Notes under the pieces: generated by a model
Seen by the model: only the letters and a program-made list of their open reading frames with translations
Told to the model about the DNA's origin: nothing
The model's database searches: none
Program-made: the position numbers and the translations under genes
Assembly (NCBI GenBank): GCA_964016885.1
Contig: OZ024749.1
Coordinates: 46,748,001-46,812,000 of the forward strand
Direction of reading: 5' to 3'
Length of the DNA stretch: 64,000 nucleotides
Source: Eledone cirrhosa
Taxonomy: Eukaryota
Shown here: piece by piece, positions 1-15,354 of the stretch
Position numbering within the stretch: the stretch's first letter is position 1
Layout of the letters: each line of letters opens with the position of its first letter

Positions 1-1140
1 GTCGGTTACAATAGCCTCAATTCACGGCAGGTAAATACAAGTTTCATGAACGCTACCATTCTCCTCTACCATCATATTTTGTACAACATAAAGAAGTTTA
101 ACTACATCAAAGTAAGTAAGCAGTACAATACAAATTGTCATAAAGTTTATTGCCATTATATATAAGTATACTGAAAACAAATAGTTTGTTTGAAAAAGAT
201 AATTATTTGTTGGGATACAAGAATGAAGCCTGGTAGGCTTACATTTACCAATTTCTAATTAAAACCACGGTAACTCTTACATATTGAAGATACACATATT
301 TACGGTGATATGATAAATACCATCATATTATACAAGATGGGAAAGTGCGTCAATATTTGATTTATATCATAAACCTTTCAATTTAAATCCATGTTGATTT
401 CATTTCTCTTCATGCTAAACAGTTGTCAATACGAAACTATACATAAATCACGTACTGAAATCGTTACCATCGATTATACAGCTCCTCTTATCTAACAAAT
501 AAATATTTCTGGCGTCAGTTGCTTTGCTTGTATTAACAAGCACATTTTTCTTAAATCAGAACCAGATTTGTGTATGTATTTTTCTTCTTCATTTTAATTA
601 GACACGCCAATGCGATCTCATATACATGTATTCAATAATTCTGATGATACGCCTTTATTGTGGCACTAATGCTTCAGATTTTTTCTTGGAGTTAACCTGA
701 AACATCAGTGGTGTATGGCTCGGGATTTGACTTGTATTGCAATCTGTGGTCTACTTCACCTGTGGTCTTCTTTAACGTGTTTCACCACCAGATAATCATA
801 TCAAATATATCTGAAATGTATATGGTGAATTATTTAATAGCTGTACATTTTAAAGTTTTAATTGACTATACAATCTTATGTGAAATACATATCATTATCT
901 TACTTCTTCTGAGTTATCTTCTTCTTTAAAACATCAAACGCAAAATAATTATTTATATAATCAGTATACTGCCAGGTGTCTGTCACCCACAACGGCACAC
1001 ACACTCACACCCACTCACACACATACACACACATATATATATATAGTGGTAGAACACTGGAAGGTAATGTCTGTAGTGGTAGAGCACTCAGCCTATGGGA
1101 TGAGTTAGGTAGAAGTGGTTACACAAAAGTTAGTTCACCA

Positions 1141-1187
1141 TACCGAGAACAATTGTTTCACCGTAGCGGATCTCCTCAGCTCGTAAT
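1141..1187 (-). ncRNA. Minimal type I hammerhead ribozyme motif
   Basis: Minus strand reads cgag-CTGAGGA-gatccgctacggt-GAAAC-aatt-GTT-ctcg: stem I cgag/ctcg, stem II ccg/cgg, palindromic stem III ACAATTGT, GUU site. Confidence 0.7.
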
Positions 1188-1250
1188 GGACATGCTTATA
1201 CGGAACACGAATGACCTGTTCCGTATAATCCTTTCCGTATAACCATGTCA

Positions 1251-1300
1251 ATTACGAGGTGAGGATCCCCGAAGGTGAAACAATTGTTTTGTTCTCGGTA
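1251..1300 (+). ncRNA. Degenerate hammerhead motif (inverted partner of 1141-1187)
   Basis: cgag-GTGAGGA-tccccgaaggt-GAAAC-aatt-GTT-(ttgtt)-ctcg; C3 changed to G, plus a 5-nt duplication. Confidence 0.55.
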
Positions 1301-1327
1301 TGGTAAACTTACTGTTGTGTAACCACT

Positions 1328-1738
<411 letters not shown>

Positions 1739-3117
1739 ACAATTACATACACATATAAACACAAACAGACATACGCATACTAGTGAGTAGAGTATACTAC
1801 TGTGAGTAATTAAACCAAAATAGGTGACGACATACGTGCTATAAATATACGCCAAACCACCTCGAAAATCTGAAACATTCGTCAAAGCGTTACATAGAAG
1901 TTTACTGCACGTTCGTCACTCGAACGCCTCTGACTATATGACTTGAGCAACGATTACTTGACGCTAAGGAAAGCGAACAGTAGGGTGCATCACTTCTCAA
2001 AATTGCCAGATTCTTTTTTTTATTTATTTGAATCTTGAACCATAAGATTATCATCAATATTTTAAACCGAATATTATTCTATATCAAGAGTAAACATTTG
2101 TTTGTTTTCATAATTGATTATATTAGCTTTCTCTTAATAATAACGCTTCAAATCAATATATCCACAGTTATAAATCTGAGTTATGAGTATAGTATAGATA
2201 TCAGCAATTTGTTGTAAATATATATCTTGGTGAAACTATGAAAGACACACAAATCTGATTATTTCTTACAGTGAATCAATTTCGTGCGAGACGAATCACT
2301 TGTGGTGGTAGGTTATAAAAACAAATGCAAAGTGTCTGGCCAATTAATCATCCTTTGCAATATTATGTAAAAGTAAAATACATAAAAAATCAAAACAAAT
2401 CGAAATCATAATATCCACATGAATGATAATACTTAATATTTGCCGCCTTTCTGTTTCATAAATAAATATTTCTTAGTGAAAGTCTATACAATACAAAATC
2501 ATTCTTGCAACTTCCTTTGTCAGATGTTTTGAGACATAAACACAAGAAATATGTCCACATATTTCAACAATACTATTGTCTGAAATATGGTGGGGTGCTC
2601 CTGTTTGATAATAATGAAAATATGAGATCATTCTAATCTTATTGTTCTGAAGATCAAATTTTCTTCTGTGATATGCATTTGTGTTTCAAATGAATTCCCA
2701 CTCCCCATTCTCTATGGGAAGCGCACGACGTCACTGTATGTTCTGGCACATATATATATTCAACCTCGCTATTATAGATACTTATCTTATTTAAATTCAG
2801 ATTTATTCCACAATCGAAGCCCCGAAATCCTATTTCTCATTACACACTCGGCTCCTTGAACATTCTTGAAGATCAGCATGTCTAACATGTCCGCCCTCAT
2901 TGTTTTCACTATGATAACTCTGTGATTAGGATATTTATAAAACGGTTTTATGCTCTCATCCATTGAGTGTATAAAAGACTGTAAATCTCACAGCAAATGA
3001 AGTAATGCCAGTCAAACAGAAACCATTACATATCTCAATAACTGACCTTATTGTAGAAAATGTGTTTACATCAACAACTCCGCCTTCCTATATTTCATAA
3101 GCATTATTAACAATATT

Positions 3118-3229
3118 GTGTTCAAATCCCGCCGAAGTTAACTTTGCGTGCCATCCTTACGGGGTCGATAAAATAAAGTACCAGTAATGCATTGCGATAA
3201 TTGCTGGCCTTGTGCCAAAACTAAAAACA
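3118..3229 (+). mobile_element. 5'-truncated tRNA-derived SINE (family A, Meta-like core)
   Basis: B-box gttcaaatccc, then catccttacggggtcgataaaataaagtaccagt; 15-bp TSD attattaacaatatt at 3103-3117 and 3230-3244. Confidence 0.92.
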
Positions 3230-6200
3230 ATTATTAACAATATTCCGAAATTTCACTAACTCAAACTTCTTCAAAAGTACTCACACAAGCATCATTCTAT
3301 GTTATTTCGGTCTCTTTCCGTGACATCAGACGTCATGAATTCCCGCTTATGCCTTACTTTACACAAATAATATTATATTCTATGTATTTGCTAATACGTT
3401 TCTTAGCCTACACATGGGAACGTAGATATCGGACGATATTAAATATATTTTCATATTACCAGATATGAACACAATCGAGGTGTCTTTGTTTCAATGATTT
3501 TTGCGACAGAATTGGTTGAGTATTTAAAGAAAATAAATGTGAATCCTTATCATAAATAATTGGGTTGTTGATTGTGACATAGCACATTACAACTTTCGGT
3601 CTTTCAATTATGTGTATATTCCAATCGATTGTTTCAACACTGTTTCCATTTAACGAATGTTAGTTAAAACGAACATGTTTCTTAATGATTTCGAAAGAAA
3701 TGTCATAAACATTCCAGCATGTTTCTTCCACTGGATGAGAGAAAAACAAACCAACTAACCTCATCTCTATGTGTATATATATAACATTTTGATATTGCAG
3801 AGGTAGTCACTAGATGTTTTTCTTCAAGATCAAATAGCGTTAATTAATAGTTAGATTCAAGAAACGACAAACCAACAAACTTTTGAGTAGTAGTTATAAA
3901 CTATTAATTATCATTCCGTTTTTTATTTTATTAGAAAACAGATGCAAATTTAGAATACACTCCGATATATCTTCTGAGATTTAGATAATTTTTTGCAGCT
4001 GCTGTTTTTGCAGTTTTGATACTGATACACAAACAAAGATAATGATAAAATATAAAAAAAAACAAAACAATATTCTCAAGAAGAAAAACACGAACAGTCA
4101 CTTATTCTGATAGTCGATATTGATATCTTAATGAAAGGAATTATTATCGCTCATATAATTTGACAGGATAGCCATTTTATAGAAGTGTTGATAGAAAATG
4201 TTCTTTCGTTTTCTTAGACAAGATTTATCGCGATGAAGGTTCTGATATCATTTGTTTTGAAATATTTTTCGATTCTAATATAGAAAGATAAAGATTGTTT
4301 GAAATCCCACTTACGGTGGAGTTGAGAAAATACCATTAATATCGTTTGTCATTTCAACATTCGCTGATATATATTGATAATGCTAATAAAAATGTAATAT
4401 ATATATATAGAGTGAGAGAGAGACATACACACAGACACGCACACACACACACACACACACACACGCATACACACTCATACATACATAAACACACATACAC
4501 ATACACCCACACACATATACACATATACACACACGCACGCACATATACACACTCATATATATATACGCACAACTTATATAAACTGAGATCTAAACGAAAT
4601 AAACTATATTCCAGCTATCTAAATAATACGACCACCCTCCTCTATCTATATCTTTATCTCTCTCTTTCTTTCTTTCTTTATATATATATATATATATATA
4701 TATGTAATCAGATGGTCATTAAAATATAGTATAAACATTTATAACAGTACGATTTGCTTATTTTCAAAATATATGGGGTCAAATGAAGACGGTTTCGTAT
4801 ATTATTACGAACAAATGCGATGAAATATGTAAATATGTTAAATTAAGCTCTAATTCTAAAGAGGTTATGAACATGTTCATGTGTTTGGATTACACAGGAT
4901 TCCCCAACATAATTTACTTTTTAATTACAACAATGGAGTGCAGCAGAGAAACATAATTTAGTTTTCACAGAAGAGGGACCAGTGTGTATTACTTACTGTC
5001 CCATTCCATTAAATTTACATAATTCCTCTTCTAATACATGCAATTATTGTTGTTGCTGGTTATTGTGAATATTTCTTTCCTCTGCTGCCGTTTTCCCAAT
5101 TAGAGTACTACTATGTCTTTTTTCTTAGCGGTTCAGTTAGTGAGGAATATCCCGGTAAGATTTTAATCTGTTCAGGCTCAGGTTGGATATGCACTTAAAT
5201 TCTGTTATACAGCTCCACAATGGAACATATTTTATTATTTTCTCCAAATCTTCCACATTGGAATTTTTCTTTCCGTCTTCATAGGCTTGTAATACAATGT
5301 TATTGATGACCGATGATACCATTTCCTCATCAGATTCTAGTAATTACCTGATTCTCACCACTGAGTCTTCCAAATATTACTTATGCAGTTCTAAATTGCT
5401 TATCCAAGACCCTGTGTTATTTAATAAGAATTTCAATATAAGGCTAGTTTCTAAATACCTTTGCTGATTGCATATCACATTGTTACTTTAAGTCCTGTTT
5501 TTTGTCAGATTAAACATTTATAATGCGGGGTTAATACACAGTTATTAGACGATTATCCGTGTTAATAATTACTCGCTTTTGTAGATTAACGTTACTATTA
5601 CCTGCGTTCTTATTATCGTCAGAAGTATCATGAGGCGCAGACATATATTACGTTTTGTTCCATTACCCGTTGCTCTTGAGTAGACTATTGTTTCACATAT
5701 CTATTCTAACATCCAAATAAAAATGATAAGATTTTGGTATTGAGCGAATACAATACATTATATTTTTCATTTCGGTATTTGATTGATGTCCAGAAGAGTA
5801 AAAATCTAGAATATATTTGTACGGTATCATGAATTTGGATTTAGGCAGTAACTATCAAATACATGGCGCTTAGATAAATTTAGTTGAAATGGTCTATCAT
5901 ATATTTCAGCAAACTCGTATTTAGTTCCATGTTAACATAAAAAAATATATGAAGACATAATTCTTACAAATAAGATTATTATCTGACAATGGTGTTAGGG
6001 ACAGATCATGACACGCCATAACTGCGAAGAAAAATCGAAGTACAAAACAAAATTTCTCATCCAAAATCTGCAATGAAAAGATGATAAACAAATGTCATTG
6101 AAACACGTTAAGAAGATTTTATTCATAGTTTCCTGAAATACTGGGAAACCAAACCCGAAACACGAAATATTCTGGTAACCACGTCGGGGAAAAAAATAAA

Positions 6201-7318
6201 CTGAAGAAACGTCATAAAACGTGATATTCATGCAGATATGTTTAACGAAAGGTCACGAAAAATATATAGCAAAGAAGTAAAATAGATGTAAGTTTCGTTT
6301 TCTAATTCACATTAACTTCTACATATCTGTCAAGATATAAATGATCGGTGTGCGTATGATACACCGACTCAATGTAATCTTATACACTGAAACAAAGATT
6401 TAATACAGAAATATATGTTACAGATTTCGTTTACTATTGATACGAAAAAAATCGCTCGAGTGATACCCCATATATCGCATAACATGTGGATATGTTAAGA
6501 ATAGTTTGTAATTACCAGCATTTGTAAATGGTGTGCCTGTACTTTCAGTTTTCTATCATATCAAAATTCACCTGAAAAGTTATCTCTATATAAGTGGGTA
6601 TATGAGCTTGTGTGCGAGCATGTTATTACTATATACTTATATATCTATATATAACGTGATAATATGCTTTAATACAGTTTTAATACAAACATAATATCAT
6701 ATATCATTGTAACGCAATAGCAAGGCAGAGCATTAATGTCATGTTATTGTCCTTCTGTATTTCCTAGGGGACATCTTCGTTTAACTCTTCATATTACAGG
6801 AAAGGATGTGGAACTATCTGCCTTTGCATATAAATAATAATATATGTATATATAGCATACCTATTAACGGAGGGTACACAACATATAGACAAGCACAAGT
6901 ATACCTATATTTAATTTTATTTAAATTTCAAGTTTTTAATTCTTTTTAATTCTTTTTAATTGAAATATTCAACATTTGATAACATTGATTACACTGATAC
7001 ATCGAAATCAGTTTATTTTATATTTTATATATGTTATATCCATTATAACTCTGCTTTTTTTTAAAACTGATCCTCTCATATTTTTTGAATAATTTCAATT
7101 TCACGGATCAAAGAAGAAAACATAGAAAATAGATCCTTTAAATATATTTTCCGTGCTATTTCCAATTCCACTTTCTCTCTCTCCCTATCTCCCTCTCTCT
7201 CTTTCTCCCACTCTCTGTGTATATATATATATATACATATATAGATATGTATGTGTGTGTGTATATTTATGTATAAGAGTGTGTGTGTCTGTGTGTCTCT
7301 GTGTGGGTGTGTAACAAT

Positions 7319-7500
7319 TGTTTCTACTTTTGTCATAAGGCCAGCAATTACCCAGTACATTACTGGTACTTTATTTTATCGACCCCGTAAGGATGAAAGG
7401 CAAAGTTAACCTCGGCGGGATTTGAACTCAGACCGTAAAGGGAGGTAATTATGCTGGAAAACATAGTATCCGACTCTCTACCGATACTGCCAATCCGCCA
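7319..7500 (-). mobile_element. Full-length SINE family A
   Basis: A-box (tggcagtatcggtaga) and B-box on the minus strand; imperfect 15-bp TSD at 7304-7318 and 7501-7515. Confidence 0.93.
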
Positions 7501-7587
7501 TGGGTGTGTCATAATGTTTAATAACAATATGCTTGGTACTTAATAGCTAAATTATAATATTATTATTATATATATATATATAATAAT

Positions 7588-7760
7588 AATTGTTTCTACT
7601 TTAGGCACAAGGCCAGCAATTACCCAGTGCATTACTGGTACTTCATTTTATCGACCCCGTAAGGATGAAAGGCAAAGTCAACCTCGGCGGGATTTGAACT
7701 CAGATCGTAAAGGGACGTAACTATGCTGGAAAGCTACCGATACTGCCAATCCACCGCCCT
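7588..7760 (-). mobile_element. SINE family A with an internal deletion in the tRNA head
   Basis: Same consensus as 7319-7500; about 15 bp missing near 7735. Confidence 0.92.
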
Positions 7761-7944
7761 TCTACTATTAATAATAATAGTACTATTTATAGTTATGTAT
7801 ATAGTATACATAACTATAAACAGGAATGTCAGTTATTTCTTGTTACCTTATTACCAGTAAGAGAAATAGCTCAATGTATGAATATCAGTTGTTTTACAGA
7901 GCAGGCAAATAAATAATACTTATGTATTCATTTATTTATTTATT

Positions 7945-8044
<100 letters not shown>

Positions 8045-9753
8045 ATGAGTGCTATAAATATTCTATGTAAATACGTAAAACACATATAGCCATACACAAC
8101 TCTCCCTAATATATACACATCTAAGGCGTGTATATACACTTATAAGGCGTACGTAAAGGGAACACTGCTGAAATATATAGAGTAAGCCTAAAGAAATTGG
8201 GATAGTATACCATGCAAATATGAAAAGATATAGAACATTTTAAAATAAATATTTGACTGAATAATTTCCATGGGTAATGTAATAAAATATAAGCCTATAA
8301 TAAAGGAAGACACAGAAGATTAAGTTAATAAAATATGAATAATTATATACAAATAAATAGATATGTAAGCTACCGTAATGTAATGTTTGTGCTTATGCAG
8401 GGAAAGTTCCGGAATGATATGGAGAGATATTCTATGATATTTAGTTGTTATCTATTTTACACGTTAACATTTTTGTTGTTTAGAATTTTCTTTTCCGGAG
8501 ACTTAACACAAATAATCATTACCATGAATTTTAATATGAATATCCTATGGAATTCTGCGTTCTAGTATTCGTATATTTGTTACATTGAAATTTGTAAACT
8601 AATGCTTTATGCTTTACTGCACTGGGTAACTTATGAGTATTTCGTACAGACAAATAACTTTCTACACGCCTGATTGAACTAAGAAATAAATCTGTTAAAG
8701 TTTCCTTAAATAACACACTACCGACTTAAAAAAATATTATGACTATGAATTATAACTTGCAAACATGTATTGCATGCGTGATGCTAACATCGATGTTGTG
8801 ATCGGTCAAATTCGGAGGGAGTTTGAAAAAAATGTTTGTTGAAAAGCGACACAGCTAGATGTTAACATGCAGAAAAATGTAAAGCCCTTTGTCTCTCAGC
8901 ATGTATACATTTAAACATTGTGATAGACATACGAAACAGTTATATTACATATATTATCTCACAACCCCCTCAATAAGCACAGCATTATTCATAATAGAGA
9001 TACTTTAAAAAGCCAGTATTTACTTCATTGGACACATATTCTCCATGTTTAAAAATAATATAATTTAGAATACAATATACAATAACAGTTAAGAGCTCCA
9101 GATGGTTCATTATGTAATACCAATTCTTGTGAATAGAAGAAAATCCACAGCAATAAATATTTTTGCAGGCATACGGGCTGTAAAGTGTGAATTGAAAAAA
9201 AACAAATAACATTATGAGACGGAAGAAAACAATACATAGCATTACATTTTAAATTAGCGTTGATATATTAACACAAAATTACTAATATAAGATTGCTAAC
9301 CAAAAACAAATTGCAAAATTGCAAGTCATGAAACGTTTTTGGCGGAAAAATGTATATGATTTTCTTCATTTGAATGAGTTAGAAAATTGAGAATAAAAGA
9401 GAATTAATCGATTTTACAAATATAATCCAAGAGTAGGGAAGATTCCTCATATATTTACAATCATTATCTTCTTAGTATCAACATATTTGGGAAGAAAAAC
9501 CATTATAGACTGACAAGCGTTAATTGCCGAAATAGAAATAATGAATAGAAATAATTTACCCCATACTAGGGTAGCAACGGCCATGGTAACAAACGTGGCA
9601 TTAATTACCATATTACTAATAGTAATGTACATAATTACACATATATATATATATATATAATACATACGCGTGCAAATATGCACATACATAAATATATAGA
9701 GACCACATAAAATATATCCTGCAGTTCTCACGTTTCTACCAATATTTGATATA

Positions 9754-9831
<78 letters not shown>

Positions 9832-9832
<1 letters not shown>

Positions 9833-9990
9833 GGACCTGTTATTTTTATCTAAAGACATTTTTCCAATTCCATTCCGCCCGTCCCCTCAATCTATGTTAT
9901 TTCTCATTCTTTCCTCTGGTGAAAGTCTAACGTCCGAATCCGAAACGTTAAGTCCCTCTTCCTGCTATTGTTATTTCTGTTTACCTTTTA
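9832..9990 (+). mobile_element. (TA)n-flanked repeat with a decayed HHR-like motif
   Basis: CTGGTGA (9916-9922) ... CGAAACGTT (9941-9949); stems poorly preserved; flanked by (TA)n on both sides. Confidence 0.4.
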
Positions 9991-9997
9991 CATATAT

Positions 9998-10028
<31 letters not shown>

Positions 10029-10547
10029 CATATATGTGTGTGTATGTGTGTGTGTGGGGTGGGGGTATGTGCGTGTGTGTGTGCATATGTGTGTATGTGT
10101 GCGTGTGTATGTGTGTGTATGTGTGTGTAAGTGTATACGTTCATATAAGGAGAAGTAAAATTTCAACGTAGGAAGACTCACTGTGTATTATTAATTTATA
10201 CACAGAACATTTTCATAGATATTTCAATTATTCACGAGTGACCAAATATTAATAATACATTTATGTGATATTAATATGATTATAGCTTGGCATTTAATGT
10301 AGAATAATAAATACACGTAAGGGTTGGGGAATACTAAAGTTTAATTGCTATTATATGCATATATTTATACATTTCATCAAATTATACACCTACAGAGAGC
10401 AACAGAACCATGGCCGTACAGGTAGTGAACGACGAAATAAATAATGATGCTTCAAAAGATGCATAAATAATATAAATGCAACACTAATTATATTCTTCAG
10501 GGAAAAGGTGTATTTAGTAAAATAGGTGTGAATAGGTTAACAAACTG

Positions 10548-10621
10548 TGTCTAGTGAGTGAGGGAAGAAGCGTTGAAAATATTAACAGTTAATGAAAAGA
10601 GCTTTGTTATATTCTTCCATA

Positions 10622-10672
<51 letters not shown>

Positions 10673-10751
10673 TTTTCTATGGAAGAATATAACAAAGCTC
10701 TTTTCATTAACTGTTAATATTTTCAACGCTTCTTCCCTCACTCACTAGACA
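10548..10751. repeat. Perfect 80-bp inverted duplication around a (TA)n spacer
   Basis: 10548-10627 is the exact reverse complement of 10672-10751; the spacer is (AT)n. Confidence 0.97.
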
Positions 10752-11938
10752 AAGTTTATATATATATATATATATACACACATAGATGCACAGACACGAA
10801 GATTGTTGGCCTGGTACCCGTTTCTTATGAGCATGTCATAACAATTCCAAAACGGTGTATGGTCCTTGACTATCCAAAAGAATAGCATTGACATGCAACA
10901 TAAGCAAGTGACCCGAACGTACGAATAGTTGCCTTCATAACAACATCGTCTATGAAACCACCTTCGAATCACTGTCTCTTGCATTATTAGTTGTTCTGTT
11001 TCCTATGAAAAACACTATATCCTCTGCTATAGTAATCTAAAATCCCAGTTATTGCAAATAAACCACTGTAGTGAATATGACATTTCCATAGTAGTTTAAT
11101 AAATTTATTTCACTATTCTGATGTGTGTATGTGTTTGTGTCTATATGTAAGCACGCGTGGGCATTTATGAATGTGCCATATATTTTCTTTTCGTATGTAC
11201 GTACACATGTATCCATAAAAGCAAGTGAGAAGCTATCAATTTGCTATTGCAGTACAATCGATTTATTTGCAAATATATTTAGAACCATTATTATTATACT
11301 TCGAAACCACATTGGTTTCTATTAATGCAACTAAAATCTCATATATTTTCATGAATGTATTCTATAAATAAAGAAACATATTTCTGTCATTTATCTGGAA
11401 CAAATATAGTGGAAATGCGCTTCGCTTTATTAATTTACTAAGCCTACTTTGGTTCATGGATTATAAATTGAGTGAATGTTTGGTATATAGTGTTTAAATA
11501 GTTAATATAATGCGAATGAAATTCGCTTCGAATCCTTGTATTAAACTAGCTGGAAATCATTCTGTAATTGATTGATGGCGTATCTCTAACATTATAAAGA
11601 CTGAGTAGAAGCACTAAATGAGACAATTATTTAAACAGAACATATTTACTACAAATGTTATTTCTTTCTTACAGTGACGAGGGTAGTCAAAAGAAAAGTA
11701 ATGCTTTAATGGTAGATATAATGTGTTTTCGTATTTAAAGCTTATTTTAATGTTAAAATTTGTATTTCTATTTGCGTACATCCCCGATATATGAAACAGT
11801 ATTTCGTAAACTTTAGTACTGAATAAAAGGAAAACAGCACTATCGGTGTATATTGCTGTATATTGGTCTCTATATTGGTGTATATTGGTCTCTGTAGTGT
11901 TATCATAATTTTAGAAACATTATAATTGTCATCATGTT

Positions 11939-12120
11939 GAAGAAGAAGAAGAAGAAGAAGAAGAAGAAGAAGAAGAAGAAGAAGAAGAAGAAGAAGAAGA
12001 AGAAGAAGAAGAAGAAGAAGAAGAAGAAGAAGAAGAAGAAGAAGAAGAAGAAGAAGAAGAAGAAGAAGAAGAAGAAGAAGAAGAAGAAGAAGAAGAAGAA
12101 GAAGAAGAAGAAGAAGAAGA
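11939..12120. repeat. Pure (GAA)n, about 60 units
   Basis: Read directly; source of the poly-K/F/S pseudo-ORFs. Confidence 0.98.
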
Positions 12121-14740
12121 TTGTGTCATATTGTTGCTGAAGCATCTCACTAAGCTACATTGTTTCTGGTGTGTTGTAGGTTTGTTTCTGTTTATTCATA
12201 TGTTTCTTTCGTCTCATGTCACGAATATTCTGGATGGTGTCTATGTTTCATATGCGAGGAGAAAAATATATCCTCTGTATAATATTGATACTGTACGAAA
12301 AATATATTTTAACTTGTTTTGAAAGTTGTATAGTCAATGTTTCTTTGAAAATGATGTTTTGTACATTTTGAATTTGTTATTTAAACAAAGTTATCAAACA
12401 ATAGATCAAGCACCCTTGTAACTTGGAAATATAGTAGACAACAACAATAAAGTTTGACTTATATTCACACTTACCGCTTAATTGACTTATGTCCTCTGAC
12501 ATATTTGTCTATTTTGTCGACATGTTTCAGATGTAATATGCAGAACATGGTGATTTTGAACAGTTTTATTCTATAGTTCACTAGGGAAATGATTTTGTCT
12601 ATTTTACTATGCAGTATGTTAGAAGTGGTGCATAGACTGTGTTATTTATATTGAGATGAATGTGCAATATTGTTCCCCATGGGCTCTGTATTCTTTTTTT
12701 CATTCCCATTCAAGCATTTTGAATACAATTGTTTTTTTTTCTAATCTGAAAAATGCAGTTATTCTACTTCTGTATTATCTTTCCTTCTCTAACAGAGAAG
12801 TTGCCCCTATGAATATTTAGATTAGTATTATTGATTGTTTCTAGCACATATTCAGCTTAATGTTTATAAAACATTTCAGTGCCTCAAGCAAGGGAACATT
12901 CGTCATTAACATTTATTTCACCTATGAAACTGAGACCATTGAATATCTGAATCGTTATGTTGCCTAGATAATATCAAAATGTGTTTCTCTTTACATAGCA
13001 TTACTTAAAACGAGAGACTATGTAATAATTTAATTCTTTCTTGCTTTAATTATTTCAAATGAAAACTAGCGCTTCCCTCTCATTTGAATATGCCAGCGCA
13101 TTGAATGTTTACGTAAATGTCATAATCATCTGTGAATCCATAGTTTAGGAGCGAAGATATGCGTGATAGCAATTAGTTAATCTCTCATCTGTTAGCCATG
13201 TGGGTGTAACGTTTGTCCTTTCGCTACAAAACATATTCTACACAAGATCTGGTTGCTTAAGAGACGTTGAAGTTAAAGTGTCAGGCATAGCATTAACTTA
13301 ACTAATATTACTGTAAAGGATGTTTTCTAAATATTCCTTGTGATATTGCAATGGATTCGGGTATCAAGTTTATTTCTAACAAAAAAAAAGATCCATCGTC
13401 ATTGTGTATACGCCTAGTATGCTATTGATTCGGATATACTTAGTTTCAATTTCAAAATATGTTTTGCTAAAACATTACTCACATTTCTTGGCTATGAAAC
13501 TTATTGATTTCCATATACTACAGTATTTTTGTTTGTGAAATTTTTCTGACTGAATGTTAAACCATATATTTGAGGGAACTGTTTCCATCAAACGCAAATT
13601 ATTATTTTTGTATACAACACTTATATTTTCCTCGTATTTAAAACCTTTTAGTGTTTGTAATCTCATTCGATCATTCTCTCATATATCTGTGTATGGAATC
13701 ATCATAAGGCATTCTACGGTGTTAATTTCCCTGGAATTTTTGGCCAACCGTTTAGATTGTCTATTATATACATCCTCTTATATATGATATATATTCTACG
13801 TTCGTATTTTCTATTTTTCGTAACTACAGCTTATATATTTTATATAACACAATCTACAGTTTGTAACAAGTACATTTATAGGAAACTGTTTAGATTGCTA
13901 ATAGAATTGAGAAACTTAATATTGTGATTTATTATATCTTTCTGCTCATGTTATGGCATTGCCTGTGTTGTTGTGGTGGTGTTTTTGTTTGTTTTGGTGT
14001 TGTTATTGTGTGTTTATTGTATTGTTATATATTTCACTTTCGGATAGGTTTCCTTAAAAGCTTTTCATGCTCGTGTGAATTGTTCACGCATGCTTTGATA
14101 CACTTAGCATGGGATTCTTCTACTTCGTTTCTAACAATATATTGTTAAATTCTATTATACTTAAATGGCAGATATGCTGTCAGTGTAGAAATCCTTATAC
14201 AGATAGTCATAATATCAATAACATCAACTTACGTTTTGATAATCTCCTATTATTGATATAAACAATATAATATTGCCTGTTTTAAGCAGCACCGTATTAA
14301 TCATGGCACTCCCCCGCTAAACTCTCTACCAGTAAGTATTCAAACAATGACATTTTTGTTTTGTATTTTATAATTGTGCACGTAGTAGAATATAACGCGA
14401 AAACGTGATATACATTACATATGTATTTGTGAAATATTACAGTAACAGCATGCAGCACCTTGATCAGAAATTCACACCGTTATACATAACAACAATAATT
14501 GCAACACACACAAAGCATCCTCGATATTCCTTAAGTTGACCTTCAGCATCAGTGATAACTCTCAGAAAGTGCAATATCAATGTAATTGTTACGAATATCA
14601 TCAAATTATGCTCACTAATATGACACTAGGTAACATAAAGAATTTTGATAGACTCCATAAATGCAAGTGTTGAAATAATAAATATTTAATATGTTTGAAG
14701 CCATACATAAAGATGTTCATTAATATAATGTTTACAGTGG

Positions 14741-14917
14741 ATTGTCAGTACCGGTAGAGGGTCGGAAGCCATACTTTGACGCATAGAGTTACGGCCCTTT
14801 ATGATCTGAGTTCAAATCCGCCGAGGTTAACTTTGCCTCTCATCCTTATGGGGTCGATATAATATAGTTCCAGTCGACTTTTCCCTCCCCCCAAATCGAT
14901 GGCTTATAAGAAACCAT
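14741..14917 (+). mobile_element. SINE family A (partly long-form central region)
   Basis: A/B boxes and core; 17-bp TSD tataatgtt(t/c)acagtgg at 14724-14740 and 14918-14934. Confidence 0.9.
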
Positions 14918-15030
14918 TATAATGTTCACAGTGGCGGTTTCCTACATTCATTGTTATTATTATTATTATTATTACTATTATAATTATCTTATCGATACAC
15001 TACCGATACTGGCAATAAACCTCCTTAATG

Positions 15031-15195
15031 TTGGCAGTATCGGTAGAGTGTCGGACGCCATGCTTTGACGAATAGAGTTACAGTTCAAATCTCGCCGTGG
15101 TTAACTTTGCCTTTCATCCTTACGGGGTGGATAATATAAAGTATCAGTAATGCACTGGGTAATTGCTTGCCTTGTGTCAAAAGTAGAAACAATTA
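15031..15195 (+). mobile_element. SINE family A preceded by an inverted copy of its own head (14993-15015)
   Basis: ttggcagtatcggtagagtgtcg at 15031; cgatacactaccgatactggcaa just upstream is its near reverse complement. Confidence 0.9.
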
Positions 15196-15262
15196 TAAGT
15201 TTCTCAGTGGAGAGTTTCAATAGCTCAATATAACGTTACATCAATTAAAGTTGCATGATAAT

Positions 15263-15354
15263 TGTTTCTATTTTAGGCACAAGACCGCAATTACCAAGTA
15301 CATTACTGGTACTTTATTTGATCGACCTCATAAGGATGTAAGGCAAAGTTAACC
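15263..15354 (-). mobile_element. 5'-truncated SINE family A
   Basis: 12-bp TSD ttgcatgataat at 15251-15262 and 15355-15366. Confidence 0.9.

Noticed and set aside
641-711. CTGATGA ... GAAAC as a hammerhead
   Set aside because: No valid NUH triplet (GTG) and no stem I or II pairing.
5137-5322. 61-aa minus-strand ORF (VEDLEKIIKYVPLWSCITE) as an exon or transposase fragment
   Set aside because: Protein-like composition, but no recognisable domain or supported splice context; needs a BLAST search.
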